Of a stretch of DNA of 64,000 bases, positions 43,193 to 56,315 are shown one piece after another. Positions within the stretch are counted from its first letter, which is position 1. Each line of letters opens with the position of its first letter. The DNA lies in assembly GCA_002269645.1 (NCBI GenBank), contig NIVC01001541.1, positions 124,001 through 188,000 on the forward strand, given 5' to 3'. The notes beneath the pieces are model-generated. The model made no database searches. It was not told where the DNA came from and saw only the letters and a program-made list of their open reading frames with translations. Made by a program: the position numbers and the translations under genes. This DNA is from Macrostomum lignano. Taxonomy: Eukaryota.

Positions 43193-44864
43193 GTATTGCT
43201 CAGAAACTTGAACGGTCGCACTGCTACAGCCCTCAGTATCATTGAACAGATTTGGTCCTTGCAGCCTTCCTCATATACAGAGTTTCCCAGCAATGCAGCA
43301 GTTCGCAAGTCCCCACTGGCTTCACAAGCCGCGGTCCGGATTAGCTCGCTAATCCCCTCCCGCCCGCAGAGCTGGCAGATCTGAATGGATTGTTAAAGAG
43401 TTGGTTTCAGTCGGTCACTCCGCCCTCAGCCCGGGCCCTGTCTGCTCAAGTGGCTCCTGGTAGGTGAGCGAGCAGAGAAACTTCTCTACCGCATGGATTT
43501 ATTTATCACAGCCCGGCTCCCGCTGTGGAGGAGAGGCGCAGCGGTAGCTGCTGAGAAGAGGTGAGCAACAGCTGGTCAGGAACACGTGTGACCACCACAA
43601 ACCCCCCCGTGCCCGCCTCTAAGCTGCAGTGCCATGGAGATCTGAGCCCCGAACCCGGACCAGCGACTCTTCCCGCATCATATTATTTTTAAGTTTAGCG
43701 TAACTTTGGTTTGGCTGATGAAGCATTTTCCGAGCTTGTAGTGGCAGTTCAATGCTGAAAAGTCTTCTTTTGTTTGCGTAAAAATGCCATGGCATCCAGA
43801 AATAACATTTAATATTTGAAAACCCTGAGAGAATCTATATTTTGCGGTAGACATGAAAAAGTTAGGAATGCAAAACTTTGAACAATTTACTAGGAATGAA
43901 AAAATTCAACTTCAATTTCAAAACTACAATTCAATAAATACCGAATGGTGGCCTATTGCTCATGAAAATTAGACTGTTCTGCTGTAGTCTTGGATTGTTT
44001 TTTTGAAAAAAAACACCTGAAACTCTTCTGACTCTTGTGTGCGAACTGACTACAGTGGGGCCTCCAAGCGCAGGTTATGCAGATCTCCTTGGCTCCGCCT
44101 GAGCCGCAGTGGAGAATTTCTTGGAATCAGGAGCTCAAGCGGACTCGGAGATGCCCGCATAGAGCAGCCGCAAATCCGCTGAGCCCCCGCTGCGGGCCAG
44201 AGGTGCGGAGCGGCTTTCTTTGCGCGAGAATTGTATGGAAATGAAATCGTGCAGGGGGTGATTTGGAAAGATGAATGGCCAAAAAATGATCTGGGATCCG
44301 AATCCCGATGAGGGAAGGCCGCGCATGGTTTTCCAAAATAGCAACGCAGTGGGAGAAATCTTCCAGGCCTGCAGAAATGTCCCATACAGCTTTGGCTACA
44401 CTGTTGCCATGTGTCGGGCCGCATTTCGAATTCGAGCACAGACTCTGCGGGCTGGTGCTTAACTATTCGGGCTGGGATAACCGATCGAGCTGGTCTGATC
44501 CTCCGTGATCCCCAAAATCAAGTGGCATGCGGGCGGGGCTGCCTATGGGCGAGAATTGCGAAAATCAGCAGCATTAATATGCATGCAGACCCGCTGCAGA
44601 CTCGACCATGCAGACCCATCACAGCCGGGGATGTGGGCGGCTCCACAGGTGAGCATTAGCATGTACCGAGCCGTTAGCTGCGTGCTGGAATGAGAAAGGT
44701 TACACCTGGCCCTCGAAACCCCTTGCCGTTTTATCCAAATTCAATTGGATTCTTGCGAACCAGCCTTGCGGAGCTCTGAGCGACTGGACGACATTTTGAT
44801 ACTCAGTCTCACCCATGGGCTCCTGATGCTCTCACTCTCTCTCCGATACTCACACCTCATCACC

Positions 44865-45252
44865 GATAGTCTCAGCCCATCGCCGATAGTCTCAGCCCAT
44901 CGCCGATAGTCTCAGCCCATCACCGATAGTCTCACCCCATCACCGATAGTCTCACCCCATCACCGATAGTCTCACCCCATCACCGATAGTCTCACCCCAT
45001 CACCGATAGTCTCACCCCATCACCGATAGTCTCACCCTATCACCGATAGTCTCACCCTATCACCGATAGTCTCACCCCATCACCGATAGTCTCACCCCAT
45101 CACCGAAAGTCTCACCCCATCACCGATAGTCTCACCCCATCACCAATAGTCTCACCCCATCACCGATAGTCTCACCCTATCACCGATAGTCTCACCCCAT
45201 CACCGATAGTCTCACCCCATCACCAATAGTCTCACCCCATCACCGATAGTCT
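44865..45252. repeat. 20-bp minisatellite (caccgatagtctcaccccat), about 19 copies
   Basis: Tandem units. Confidence 0.95.
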
Positions 45253-46090
45253 AAGAGAACTGCTTGTCTTTACGACGTGTTTTCAAATGCGAACCGTCCA
45301 GCCCTGCCGCCAGCAGGTCAACAATGGACTTGAAAATTTCGCACCGAGCAGTCCCTCTGGAGTTTTGAGCGCATTCGTTCGGCACGAACTCCCACCGCTA
45401 GAAGGATCTTAAATTTGCCTGTAAAAAGCTGTAAAATTCAAGCATAAATTGAGCAGAATTAGCTATAAGTTTTATAATCGATCGATCAGACAGCGGACCG
45501 CCTACTAACTTGATTCGGCCATAAATCCCATGTGCGTTAGAAAACAAGTCTTCACCTTGGCGTTTCGGGGGCAATCTGTAGCCTGTAGAGGGGAGCTCAT
45601 GAGAACCCTCGGGCCGCGGTTCTCACACTCGGGCGCGCAGCCGTGCCGCCGCAGCCGCTAATTAACTTTCCCGGGAGCATGGGAAGGCGCGGACCAATGA
45701 ACCGCCTCGCGCGGTCCCTCCCTCCCCTCCGCTGCCTCCCCCCCTTCTAAACCGGTAGCGGGGAATATGGTGGGAAACACTGCTCAGGGGGGATTGGACC
45801 GAGCCCACCCCCGGTCCTCGCTTTCCTTCTCTCCATCAAAGATAAAAGGCGGAGGCCGCAACAGGCACGTGCCGAGCAGCAGAGGGACAAGGCCGGAACA
45901 ACCTCAGAGCGCGCATCCCCAGCTCATCATCGCTAAAAAGGCAGTCCAGTCACGCGCGAATTGCTCTCAGATCAGCAGCTTCGCTGGTGTCAATTGGCGA
46001 ATAAACACTTGAAGCCAGTCAGCTAGAAGTCACGTTCTTGAGCAGCCGGAGCAGCCCGAGGCAGAATACTCGGAGCACAGGACCGCAGCC

Positions 46091-46965
46091 ATGGCCACGT
46101 CCCCTGCGTGTCTAGCCAGCCAGCAGCAGGCGGCAGAGGTCGCTAGCAGCATCAGCAATTTCAGCAGCAACTGCAGCAGCAGCAGCATCGGCAGCGTGGG
46201 CAGCGCAGCCAACATGACCTCCTCGATGGAGACTTCGGGAGCGGCTCTGTTCGTCCCAGAGACGGCAGCTCAGTGCTGGCAGCCCGACGAGCTGCAGACT
46301 CAGCTGCCGCCAGTGCCGCCGCAGCAGCCGCAGTACTTCTGTTCAATGCCTTGTGAGTACGCCCAGTACCCTCAGCCGCAGTTCCCTCCGCAACCGGCTC
46401 AGCAGCAGCTGCAGCAGCAGGAGCAGCAAGCCGCTCGGCCCCAGAAGCCAAAACGCAAGCGAGTGGCGTCGCAGGCCCAGAGAAAAGCGGCAAATGTCAG
46501 GTGAGTTGTGAAAGTAAAATCTTGTCTACCCTTGCTCCTGAAATTTTTCGAGTCTTAATTTAATTTGCTTAACTGTAAACAAAACACCCCGGAAACTTTG
46601 TCAGGGAGAGACGCCGCATGTTCAATCTGAACGAGGCCTTCGACACGCTGCGCACCAAGGTGCCAACCTTCGCCTTCGAGAAGCGACTGTCGCGGATTGA
46701 GACGCTCAGGCTGGCCATCACCTACATCCGGTTCATGGGCCAGGTGATCAACGGGGTGCCCCCCCACCAGGTCCGGCTTAGAGGAGCGGTCTGCACTCCG
46801 CAGCCGCAGCCCCAGCCCCAGCCGCAGCACGCCATTCAGTTCCAGGCCAGTAGTCAGCCAACATCCCTGATGCTGCAGCAGCCGCAGCTTCAGCTGCAAT
46901 ACCCGTGGGATGCAGCGGCTCCTGCAACTTCGTCAACAATCTGGGACCCATCGAAGACAAATTGA
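46091..46965 (+). CDS. Fer3: bHLH transcription factor of the Fer3/FERD3L (Nato3) family; exons 46091-46500 and 46605-46965; 256 aa
   Basis: Spliced at AG|GTGAGT..TCAG|G, giving [59 protein letters not shown], which is nearly identical to the Drosophila Fer3 bHLH. A CCAAT (about 45693) and a CACGTG palindrome (about 45864) lie upstream. Confidence 0.92.
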
Positions 46966-47469
46966 TGAAACTCGCCGACATTTCTAACCCGATTGCTTTC
47001 GTTTTTTCTAAATGTTATTCATCAGCATGCTTGTTAGTTTTGGAGTCCAAGTGCGAGCGATACCGGTAGAGCACGTCAGTCGTGGACGTTATCTAATTTG
47101 CTTATTCTCCTCTGTCTGCTGAATGATGTCACGCTTGCCAATTGTTAATAGTTCATACTGCATACTGATTGAGCAGCTGCTGCCCACCCATGTTACATGC
47201 CTGAGCGGTCACAATAGCGAAGGGCGCGTGTATATAGTCAGTATTATATACCTTGCTTCCGGTTGTCACTGCACGAATCCAATCCACTCGTGTTGCAACT
47301 TTATATAATGCATTGCTGTGCTCACATGTGGTGTGGGAAATTTCATCATATTAAACTGCATGGTCAAAACATAAATGATTGAACTTATGAAACTTTCTCT
47401 GTCAATCCGACCCATTAAGTTTGTGTGCTCGCACTTGCCTAATTGCGCTTGAAGAAGTCATTTGATCAC

Positions 47470-47570
47470 TCTGACTCTGACTCTGACTGACTCTGACTCT
47501 GACTCTGACTCTGACTCTGACTCTGACTGACTCTGACTCTGACTGACTCTGAATTTGACTGACTCTGACT
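47470..47570. repeat. (GACTCT)n/(GACT)n microsatellite
   Basis: Tandem units. Confidence 0.9.
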
Positions 47571-49656
47571 GATTTTCACTTTATTCTGATTCTGACCGTT
47601 TCTGACTGGCTCGGACTTTCAGAGTCAGAGAATCTCTAAATACAAGAATTTATTAATTAGCAAATCAGAGACTTTGTTTCCATGCGTTTTGCATTTGAAA
47701 AGAAGGCTCATTTTCAAACCAGACCAGACTATACTGGTAGTGATGGGAGTTGACACTGCGGACGAGATAGCTGGTATGTTGCTCTTGCTCAGTCCTTGAC
47801 TAGAAATTGGAAGTAAGGAAATCGGACAACAACGAAGTCGCCCAAATGTCCAGCTAATAAGCTAATTAATGGTTGGCTGACCGAGTCAAATGCCTGCACA
47901 GTCCGCTCTTAATTCGCTTCGCACAGAAGCACAGATGTCAGGCACTTCTCGCGCGAGCTATACCGGTTCCCCAAACCCGAGTCTTAATTGGCATCTCGGC
48001 TCCGAAGTTTTTCCTTCGAGTCCCTCCGTAGCATTGAAAATTGTGATAGGCGCTGAGTGGCTGAGCAAAACTTCTCCAAATCAGTTCAACGCAGCCCCTA
48101 CATTGTTTGCTGCGCCTCCTCATTCTCTGACTGTCGAGTCCTCCTACAGGCTCGTGTCTCACTTGATAGCACTCGACTCTGAGCAGTTTACTTCGTTTCT
48201 TTTTGTGGTCACTCTTTCCATTCAATATCTCAATCTCCCTCTTTCGCGTCTGTATAACAATTTTCTCTCGCGTTCTCACTTCCCTGCTTTCGAGAAAGTG
48301 ATTGATAATGAACTGTAACTTTAGCCCGCTTGTTGTAATAGAAGATGCCTGATGATGCCCTGCTTATTAGGTGTTACTATTGCATGCTCTGTGACCTGAG
48401 TTCGCCGCGCAGCTCCTCCACTGGCGCAAGCTGGCGCGAGCTTCATCCATTCTACGAATATACAAGAAGAGAGCGCTCAGACTGCTGCAAAAGAATGCCT
48501 TCATGGAAGCGTCTTGAAGTCTTGGGCCCGTATCGACAGGCTAGAATCGTCTCAAATTTAGAGGACATGGCGTGGCTGTAAACAGAAGAGTTCCGTGGCG
48601 AGATAAAAGTGGTCAACTTCCCCCTTGCACAGATTCCCCGTAAGTCTCCCTCCCCAGCAATTTTCGCTCTGACTGGAGCGAGACAGACAGACAGGAGAGG
48701 ACAGACGGCACTGGGCCCCTATGAAATTACGAGTATAGGGACACGGCGCTGTTCAATAGAGTCGTTGAAAAGTTGAAAAGCTACTTGGCAAAAGTAAGTC
48801 AAAGCTCCCAAATAGTCTGCTGGTATTCTAATGCCCTCCAAGTGATACCAGCAGATTCTCTCTCACTTTTCCCCTCCCATTAGAAAGATCCTCCACGAAC
48901 GATAGAGAAAGATGGCGACTCACAAAACAATGGCGGCAGCATTCCCAGTTGAATAGTTTTAGCGTGAAGGAAATAGGTGTGTAATTACTCGTATAGAAAG
49001 GGTGAAAACGGTTGTCAAGCTGCAGACCTCTCGTATCGTCAGACTCTGTGTGACCTGCTTTATCCTCCTGTTTTTTGTGCTCAGCAGGGGCGGATGAGGC
49101 AATGGAGGCTCACGGAAGTATTAGAGAAGGCTTGTAGGAGAGGCTCTCCGACAGACAGACCGGAGCCCGCAGTGAGTCTTAATTTCCCTGAGTGCGAGAT
49201 CCGGGACTAACTGAATCAATTCACTTCATTGTTTGATGATTGTTATTTGTCATCAAGTAATTAACAAAAGCGACCAGATCCAGATCAAAGTACATGAAGT
49301 ACGACTAGTCGCACATGAATTTGCATTGGTTCAGATGAGCTCCGTCAGCTCCAACTGCAAATATTTCAGCATCCACAATCCACGACTTGGCTCAATTGAG
49401 CAAGAAGGTCTCGACAATTGCCACGAACAACGCCCACCCCCTTTGGCGATCAGAAAGTTAGGAACTGTCTTCTTGAGGTGAAGCCCATGCTCTCGATCTG
49501 TTCAGAGCCAAAGTTGCGCCACAATGAACTCCGGGGAAACAAGTGTCTCTCGCAGAGGATTTGGCATCTTATCCTGTCAACAGCTAAATGTATCCTTAGT
49601 AGTCTAGACTCTAGAGCATGACTGAATTAGGCTGATAATTAAAGAATTAGGCTATT

Positions 49657-49725
49657 GGGGTGCCCAGTGGTCTATAGCTCAGCGCTCTTATGTGCCGGCG
49701 GCCAGGGTTCGTTTCCAAGTTCAGT
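49657..49725 (+). mobile_element. Possible tRNA-derived SINE head
   Basis: GGGGTGCCCAGTGGTCTA (A-box-like) and GGTTCGTTTCC (B-box-like, 49706-49716). No complete cloverleaf. Confidence 0.3.
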
Positions 49726-50614
49726 CACATTAATTTGGGACTAACTTGTGGAATCTCGGCTTGGCGATCTGCTCTTGCAATTAACGCTCTTGAGATTCAA
49801 CCCCCAAGTACATGCCTAACGAAAAATAAAGTTGGGGCGCCATACACAGTATTCGCGCACTTGTGTGCCTGCTCAGGTGAATCGGCGGAATGGGCAGTAA
49901 TGCGGCTCGCCGGTTGTAACAATGTCGCTTAAAGTGCGTCAGGGATGATGAGACAGTAGGCAGAGCACTCTGCTCATATCCAGTGATATTCAAGCTATTT
50001 TTTATACTTTATTTAGTCAATTAATTGTACGTCGTTACATGCGGCAGTCCTTCATAGCATAACATGTACGTTAGAAAAAATTAAAGGTTTTTTGAAGTAT
50101 AAATTACAATAAACCTTTGTTTCCATTAGACTCAGTGAATATCAACTGAAATATGCCAATATCTGGAGCGTAATCTACGCTCGTAAAGTACCGGTAATTG
50201 TGAGATAATGAATACTGCTCGTAGCCAGAGTTTATTCGCGCTACTTGCAGTAACAAAACGAGAATTTGCGAACGAAAATTTTTGCGAATGATTTAATTTA
50301 GCTTCTTGATGTGCACACTGACACAAAGGCAGCTAGAAACTAATACCAGCTAGCAATTATAAAAAAAATTATTCTAGGAACTGTGACCTCTGCGACTCGC
50401 AATGCTCGGAGGATGCACATGGCTTACTGAACCGGGACGGCCGGATCACGAAACACGGCTGAGTTGTAAGTAGTGTGTTGTAAAAAGGAAGTACAAGAAA
50501 AATTGAAATACTCGTACTCCTTGAGGGTTCCCGAAATTTGACTGCCATAACTGACTGCCGATCCAGACCTAAACCTTAACCTAAACCTTAACCTAAACTT
50601 TTACCAATCTAAAC

Positions 50615-50950
50615 CTAATGTCAAGGCTTAACGGAGAATTGTTGAGATGTCAATGCTTACGGGGGGAATTGCTGAGATGTCAAGGCTTACGGGGGGATTG
50701 CTGAGACGTCAAGGCTTACGGGGAATTGCTGAGATGCCAAGGCTTACGGGGGGAATTGCTGAGATTTCAAGGCTTACGGAAGGAATTGTTGAGATATCAA
50801 GGCTTACGGGGGAATTTCTGAGATGTCAAGGCTTACTGGGGAAATTGTTGAGATGTCAAGGCTTACGGGGGATTACTGAGATGTCAAGGCTTACGGGAGG
50901 ATTGCTGAGATGTCAAGGCTTACGGGGGGAATTGCTGAGATGTCAAGGCT
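50615..50950. repeat. 29-30-bp minisatellite (gagatgtcaaggcttacgggggaattgct)
   Basis: About 11 degenerate units, preceded by (cctaaacctt aa)-type repeats. Confidence 0.9.
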
Positions 50951-53244
50951 GAAAAGTCAGAAGCTTACATGTAGTTTATTTAAAAAATTATTCCATTCTT
51001 TGTTGGGGGCACTAGAATGCTATAGCCTTAACGGTAATTAATCTTACCTTAACTTACACTAAACATGAGCTCTAGCCCTAACCTAAACATTAACCTACCA
51101 AACCTTATAATAAACCTTTACTTGATATTAATCTTAGCCCTAATTTAAATCAACGATTGTCGAGTTAAATATTAAACTCCCATTTCTCGTGTCTCTGCTC
51201 ACCGCAGAATCAGTTTTGATTGATAGATTGCAAATAATCTTTCATTTTTCCGGAGATAAGCTGGCAGATAGAGCTTACAGATTGCCTTATTATAATTAAA
51301 ATGCGCAGTGTCTGCCACTATATCTACCTGCTTTGAGGGGTGACATGATAGGTTTGAGTTCACAGCAGGCGCTTTAACTACGATATCTGTTATGACGCAC
51401 GGGGTACAGTGTATTTCAATTGCAGTTTATTACTCAATACTCCAGGAACTCAATAACGTAGCTTATCGCACTCAAGATCTGAATATCAGCGCTGGCACGC
51501 ATGGCACCACGAGCATGGCATGATGGCGTGTTCATTAACTACTTATTCTGATAAGAGTGCCGTGTCACGATCCGAGCAAGTGCTGTTTCGTGTCCACCGA
51601 AACCACTTGACACCGAATTGTTCTCGATTGTCCTGCCCTTGTTGACGCCTAACAGAAATGACAGCTTGACTAGTGATAAAGTGTCTGATTGAAACACTGT
51701 CACACCACACGAAAGTACAACCCTACAATCAGACAGACAGTATTATCAACGTATTGGTCCCTATATAAACTCAAGAAAGTTAGATAATTATCTTTTTATT
51801 TCTGTCGGGATTGCTAAACTCGAAATTGATTAACACGTACAGAAGCAGCAGAAAGTAATGCGGACTGCAGTGGGATTCGGCTGGCCAAAAGAACTTTTCC
51901 TTGTCACTCGTGACTCCTCATTTGTCATGCACTGCACGCAGCACACCTGGCGAGTGGCGACTGACATATGGCTATCGGCTCTTCCTATTGGCCTTACTAA
52001 CTTATAGACACCAAACGGGCGTTAACTTGTTTAATCTCTGTTGCTATATTTAGTATATTTATTTATATATATATTTAGTAGAAATTTATTAGTCGTTGTG
52101 AAATTTAGGCGAAGTCATGTGCTTTAGGCGTTGTGAAATTTAGGTCTTATGAAGCGCCCCCGCTATATTGCTGGAGAAATGTAAATTTTGCTGGCATTAG
52201 CAGACAGGCGCAAATTATTTGAGAAAGCTGATTCATGCTAGAAATTCAAAGGAATTTTTGTAACAGTGATGTGAATCCATTGTGATTTGTGGCAGACGCG
52301 TAGCAAGCTTCACTCATAACTTCACAAATATAACTAACTGTAGGCTGGCGACTGGCGAGACTCCCAACTTCCCAAGAGGGCAAGGGGAAACCTCGGAAAA
52401 ACATGGGGTGACGAGTCACGTGATCAAAACGCCGCCTCCAGGCCTGAACTGACTAAACTGGGCTTCGCTTTCGCTTTGGGTAAAGTATTTTTGGTTCTCC
52501 TCCTAGTGCGGCCGATGTTTGGTTGGGGGTTTACGCCAGCGTGGGGGAGTGGTGTGAGGGGGTTGATTCGCTCAGACGGAAGGGTGGAAAGGAAGGGTTT
52601 GAATGTACACTTTGCTAGCAGATGTACATTTGAACTGAACCCCCCGCCGACCACACCACCCATTCAGAATAGGACGCGCGTCCAGACTATTCATGGCCTT
52701 GAGAATTGTATTGTATCTGATATTTGCAAACTGCTAAGTCAGAAACATTATAAAACAAGACAGGATAGGGCTTACTTAGTGCATGAGTGGCTGCATGCCC
52801 TGTAACTGTAACGATAATTAAAATGTAAATCGTAATTTTAGGAATATTTGCAGTTCGGCAGCACTGCTGAAACATAACAAACAAAATAAATAAATAAACT
52901 GGAGCGGCCGGCCAGATCAGATCAGTCAAGGACGGCTCAAGTTCAAAGTGGCTGCATTTGTGCTGCCGTACTTTTTGATTGTTTTTTAATTGGTTTGCCA
53001 GCCCGACAGACAGATAAAGTAGGATCGAGCTCAACCGGAATATAATACCCAAAATGCGATACAGCAGCGGCCGGCATGCTGTGAAATTTATGCTGCTATT
53101 GTACTCTTCACTGCTCAGTCTGAATGTTCCGGCCATTTCTTTGACCGGATTGTCCAAGGAGGACTTTATGAGTGAGTGCTCTGCTTTGCGTTGTATTAAC
53201 TCGTAACGTAATATTGTAGTAGAATTGATATGATACGGCCCACT

Positions 53245-53755
53245 AGAGGACCAGGGAGTGACAGCCTGCCTACTAGAGAACCAGTAAATGAGTGACAGCC
53301 CACTAGAAGACCAATGACAGTGAGTGACAGCCCACTAGAGGACCCGTGAGTGAGTGACAGCCCACTAGAAGACCAGGGAGTTAGTGACAGCCCACTAAAG
53401 GACGAGGGAGTGAGCGGCGGCCCACTAGAAGACCAGGGAGTGAGCGGCGGCCAACTAGAGGACCGGAGAGTGAGCGGCGGCCCACTAGAAGACCAGGGAG
53501 TGAGCGGCGGCCAACTAGAGGACCGGAGAGTGAGCGGCGGCCCACTAGAAGACCAGGGAGTGAGCGGCGGCCCACTAGAAGACCAAGGAGTGAGCGGCGG
53601 CCAACTAGAGGACCGGAGAGTGAGCGGCGGCCCACTAGAAGACCAGGGAGTGAGCGGCGGCCCACTAGAAGACCAAGGAGTGAGCGGCGGCCAACTAGAG
53701 GACCGGAGAGTGAGCGGCGGCCCACTAGAAGACCAGGGAGTGAGCGGCGACCCAC
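53245..53755. repeat. 30-bp minisatellite (cccactagaagaccagggagtgagcggcgg) with alternating variants
   Basis: Tandem units. Confidence 0.93.
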
Positions 53756-53838
53756 AGCAGTACACTAGATAAAGCAGCTCAGCAACTATATTGATATGAA
53801 ATCACAAAAATAAATCCCAACTCCAATGCGATGCGCAG

Positions 53839-53976
53839 AACTGCTGGTGTACTGCGAACCCAACACGGGCTACTTCGAGTGTCACAACGCCACCGCTGAC
53901 AAGGTGTACTGCCTGCCGGAGTCGCTGAAGTGTCGGATTCAGTGCTCCAACGATGCCGATTTCGGATGCGACCGAG
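53839..53976 (+). CDS. Isolated Cys-rich exon resembling a divergent LDL-receptor class A module
   Basis: cag|AA..CGAG|gt, symmetric phase 1-1, 46 codons: LLVYCEPNTGYFECHNATADKVYCLPESLKCRIQCSNDADFGCDR (C..F.C....C.P...C spacing). Confidence 0.5.
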
Positions 53977-54244
53977 GTTGGTTATTCGCGAATCGGGTTG
54001 TAGGTTGCCTGCGCTGGCCTGGCTATGGCAGTGGGTTGCAAACTAATTATTGCTTGTTTAAGCTAGTTTTTAGTCACGTGGCATTTCGAATGCGCTTACA
54101 GCGGGGCTAAGGGTCACACTGTCTCTCTTCAATCCTCCATCTCCGTCTCTCCAAATCTTGCATCTTCATCTCCAGCCTTTTATATCTCCTCAGCTTTCCC
54201 TCTTTCTCCTTTCATCTCCCCTTCTCTCTCTTTCTCCCTTCACC

Positions 54245-54535
54245 TTGCCAGCTACCTGGCATCATCAGCTCAGACAGGATGCTGGGGCCAGCTACCTGGC
54301 ATCATCAGCTCAGTCAGGATGCTGGGGCCAGCTACCTGGCATCATCAGCTCAGACAGGATGCTGGGGCCAGCTACCTGGCATCATCAGCTCAGACAGGAT
54401 GCTGGGGCCAGCTACCTGGCATCATCAGCTCAGACAGGATGCTGGGGCCAGCTACCTGGCATCATCAGCTCAGACAGGATGCTGGGGCCAGCTACCTGGC
54501 ATCATCAGCTCAGACAGGATGCTGTTGCCAGCTAT
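54245..54535. repeat. 40-bp minisatellite (gccagctacctggcatcatcagctcagacaggatgctggg), about 7 copies
   Basis: Tandem units. Confidence 0.94.
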
Positions 54536-55361
54536 CTCAGACAAGTAGCTCGCACAAGCACTAAGTCACACACCCCCAGGCCATTTCACGTGTTCAGCCC
54601 GCCTACCTGCTAGCCTGCATAGACAAACAGCTCAAAAATCTGAACTGTTTTTTTTTATCAGAGCTTGAGTAGCTGGTCGGCCATTCACATTGGGACAACA
54701 GCCATATCGTTCTCTTCGCTCCATTGAGTAGGCAGCAGGCACTGCAGGCAGGCCAGTAGTCGCCCGCCCATTTCACCTGACTGCCTGTCTCGCCTCGCCA
54801 TACCCCACTCCGCTGTGCTTTTTGTTCTTTTAATCTTTTTTGTCCAACTAAACTGCCAAATTTTTTTTTGACTGATGCAGCGCAGTATTCTGTGTGTTTG
54901 AGCCTGGCCATTGTGCTGCACTTCTGTGCTTTTCCGTGTTTGCCTGCAGCTAAATACTCGGCTCTGCCTGTCTGCCTGCCTGCCCAATACTTGTATTTGA
55001 GCTCTCCACCAGCTACCTCTGCTGTCTTGCCTCCCCTCCTCCTCTCTCTCCCTGTCTTCTACCCTCTACTGTACCCTCTACCATCTCTACCCTCTACTCT
55101 CCAGTCTCCCTCTCCTCTATTCACTACCCTCTACCCTCTCCTCTACTCTCTCCCTTCCCTACTCTTTACCTCCACTCTCTACCCTGTCCTTTCTCTCTGC
55201 TCCGTCTCCCCTACCCTCTCCACTACCCTCCTTTGCCCTTTCCCGTCTGCTCTTCTCTACCCTCCACTCTTCCCTCCCCCTCCCTTACCCTTTTCTCTCC
55301 CCTACTGTCTCTCCCCTCTCCCACCCCGCCCTGTTCCCGTTCCCAGCCGCTCCTTTGACTT

Positions 55362-55832
55362 CCCCACTGTCTGTTATGGATAGCCCGTTGACCGCCCCAC
55401 TGTCTGTTATGGATAGCCTGTTGACCGCCCCACTGTCTGTTATGGATAGCCTGTTGACCTCCCCACTGTCTGTTATGGATAGCCTGTTGACCTCCCCACT
55501 GTCTGTTATGGATAGCCCGTTGACCTCCCCACTGTCTGTTATGGATAGCCTGTTGACCTCCCCACTGTCTGTTATGGATAGCCTGTTGACCTCCCCACTG
55601 TCTGTTATGGATAGCCTGTTGACCTCCCCACTGTCTGTTATGGATAGCCTGTTGACCTCCCCACTGTCTGTTATGGATAGCCCGTTGACCTCCCCACTGT
55701 CTGTTATGGATAGCCTGTTGACCTCCCCACTGTCTGTTATGGATAGATAGCCTGTTGACTTCCCCACTGTCTGTTATGGATAGCCTGTTGACCGCCCCAC
55801 TGTCTGTTATGGATAGCCTGTTGACCTCCCCA
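55362..55832. repeat. 33-bp minisatellite (ccccactgtctgttatggatagcctgttgacct), about 14 copies
   Basis: Tandem units. Confidence 0.95.
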
Positions 55833-56315
55833 TTGTATTATTATTGAAATCCTGCCCATAATGCCCAATGCTCCTCCAATCTCACGGGAAATGGACGGAA
55901 CCGTTCACTTCGTTCTGTAAACTCCGCAATCGCATATCCTAAGCAGATTCGCTGAGCACTGAGCAGTGTGCGCAAATTCAGTGAATGCAGCGAGAGACCA
56001 GCAGTTGCCCCCCACCCGCTCAGGTACGAGCAGCCGCTGAACAGACGAGCAGACTTTGATGAGCGGGGGACGGCGGAGAGGCAGACAGGGAGTGGCGGGT
56101 TTTTTTGTGCGAGCGGGCGAGCGGCCATTCAGTGCTCGGAGGGAGCGGAGCAGCTGCCCCGCCCTTGTCCTGAGTAGGCATTGATTGTCTTGGCTGGGCT
56201 GTGAAATAAGAACACAGCACTGAGTAGAGATTCTTTCTGCTCTGTTCTCTTTTTCTCTGCCTGTGCTTTCGTTTTCTTCGTAGTAGTCTTCTTCTAGTAG
56301 CAGCAATTAGAAAGC

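Noticed and set aside
44050-44693. Cluster of short Cys/Pro-rich ORFs
   Set aside because: No domain similarity that I recognise and no consistent splice structure.
49657-49725. Genuine tRNA gene
   Set aside because: The B box is imperfect and no acceptor stem or cloverleaf can be formed. At best it is a SINE-like head.
50440-51600. Possible non-autonomous DNA transposon with imperfect TIRs (ggatcacgaaacacggc / gccgtgtcacgatcc)
   Set aside because: The inverted match is short and gapped and no TSD was identified.
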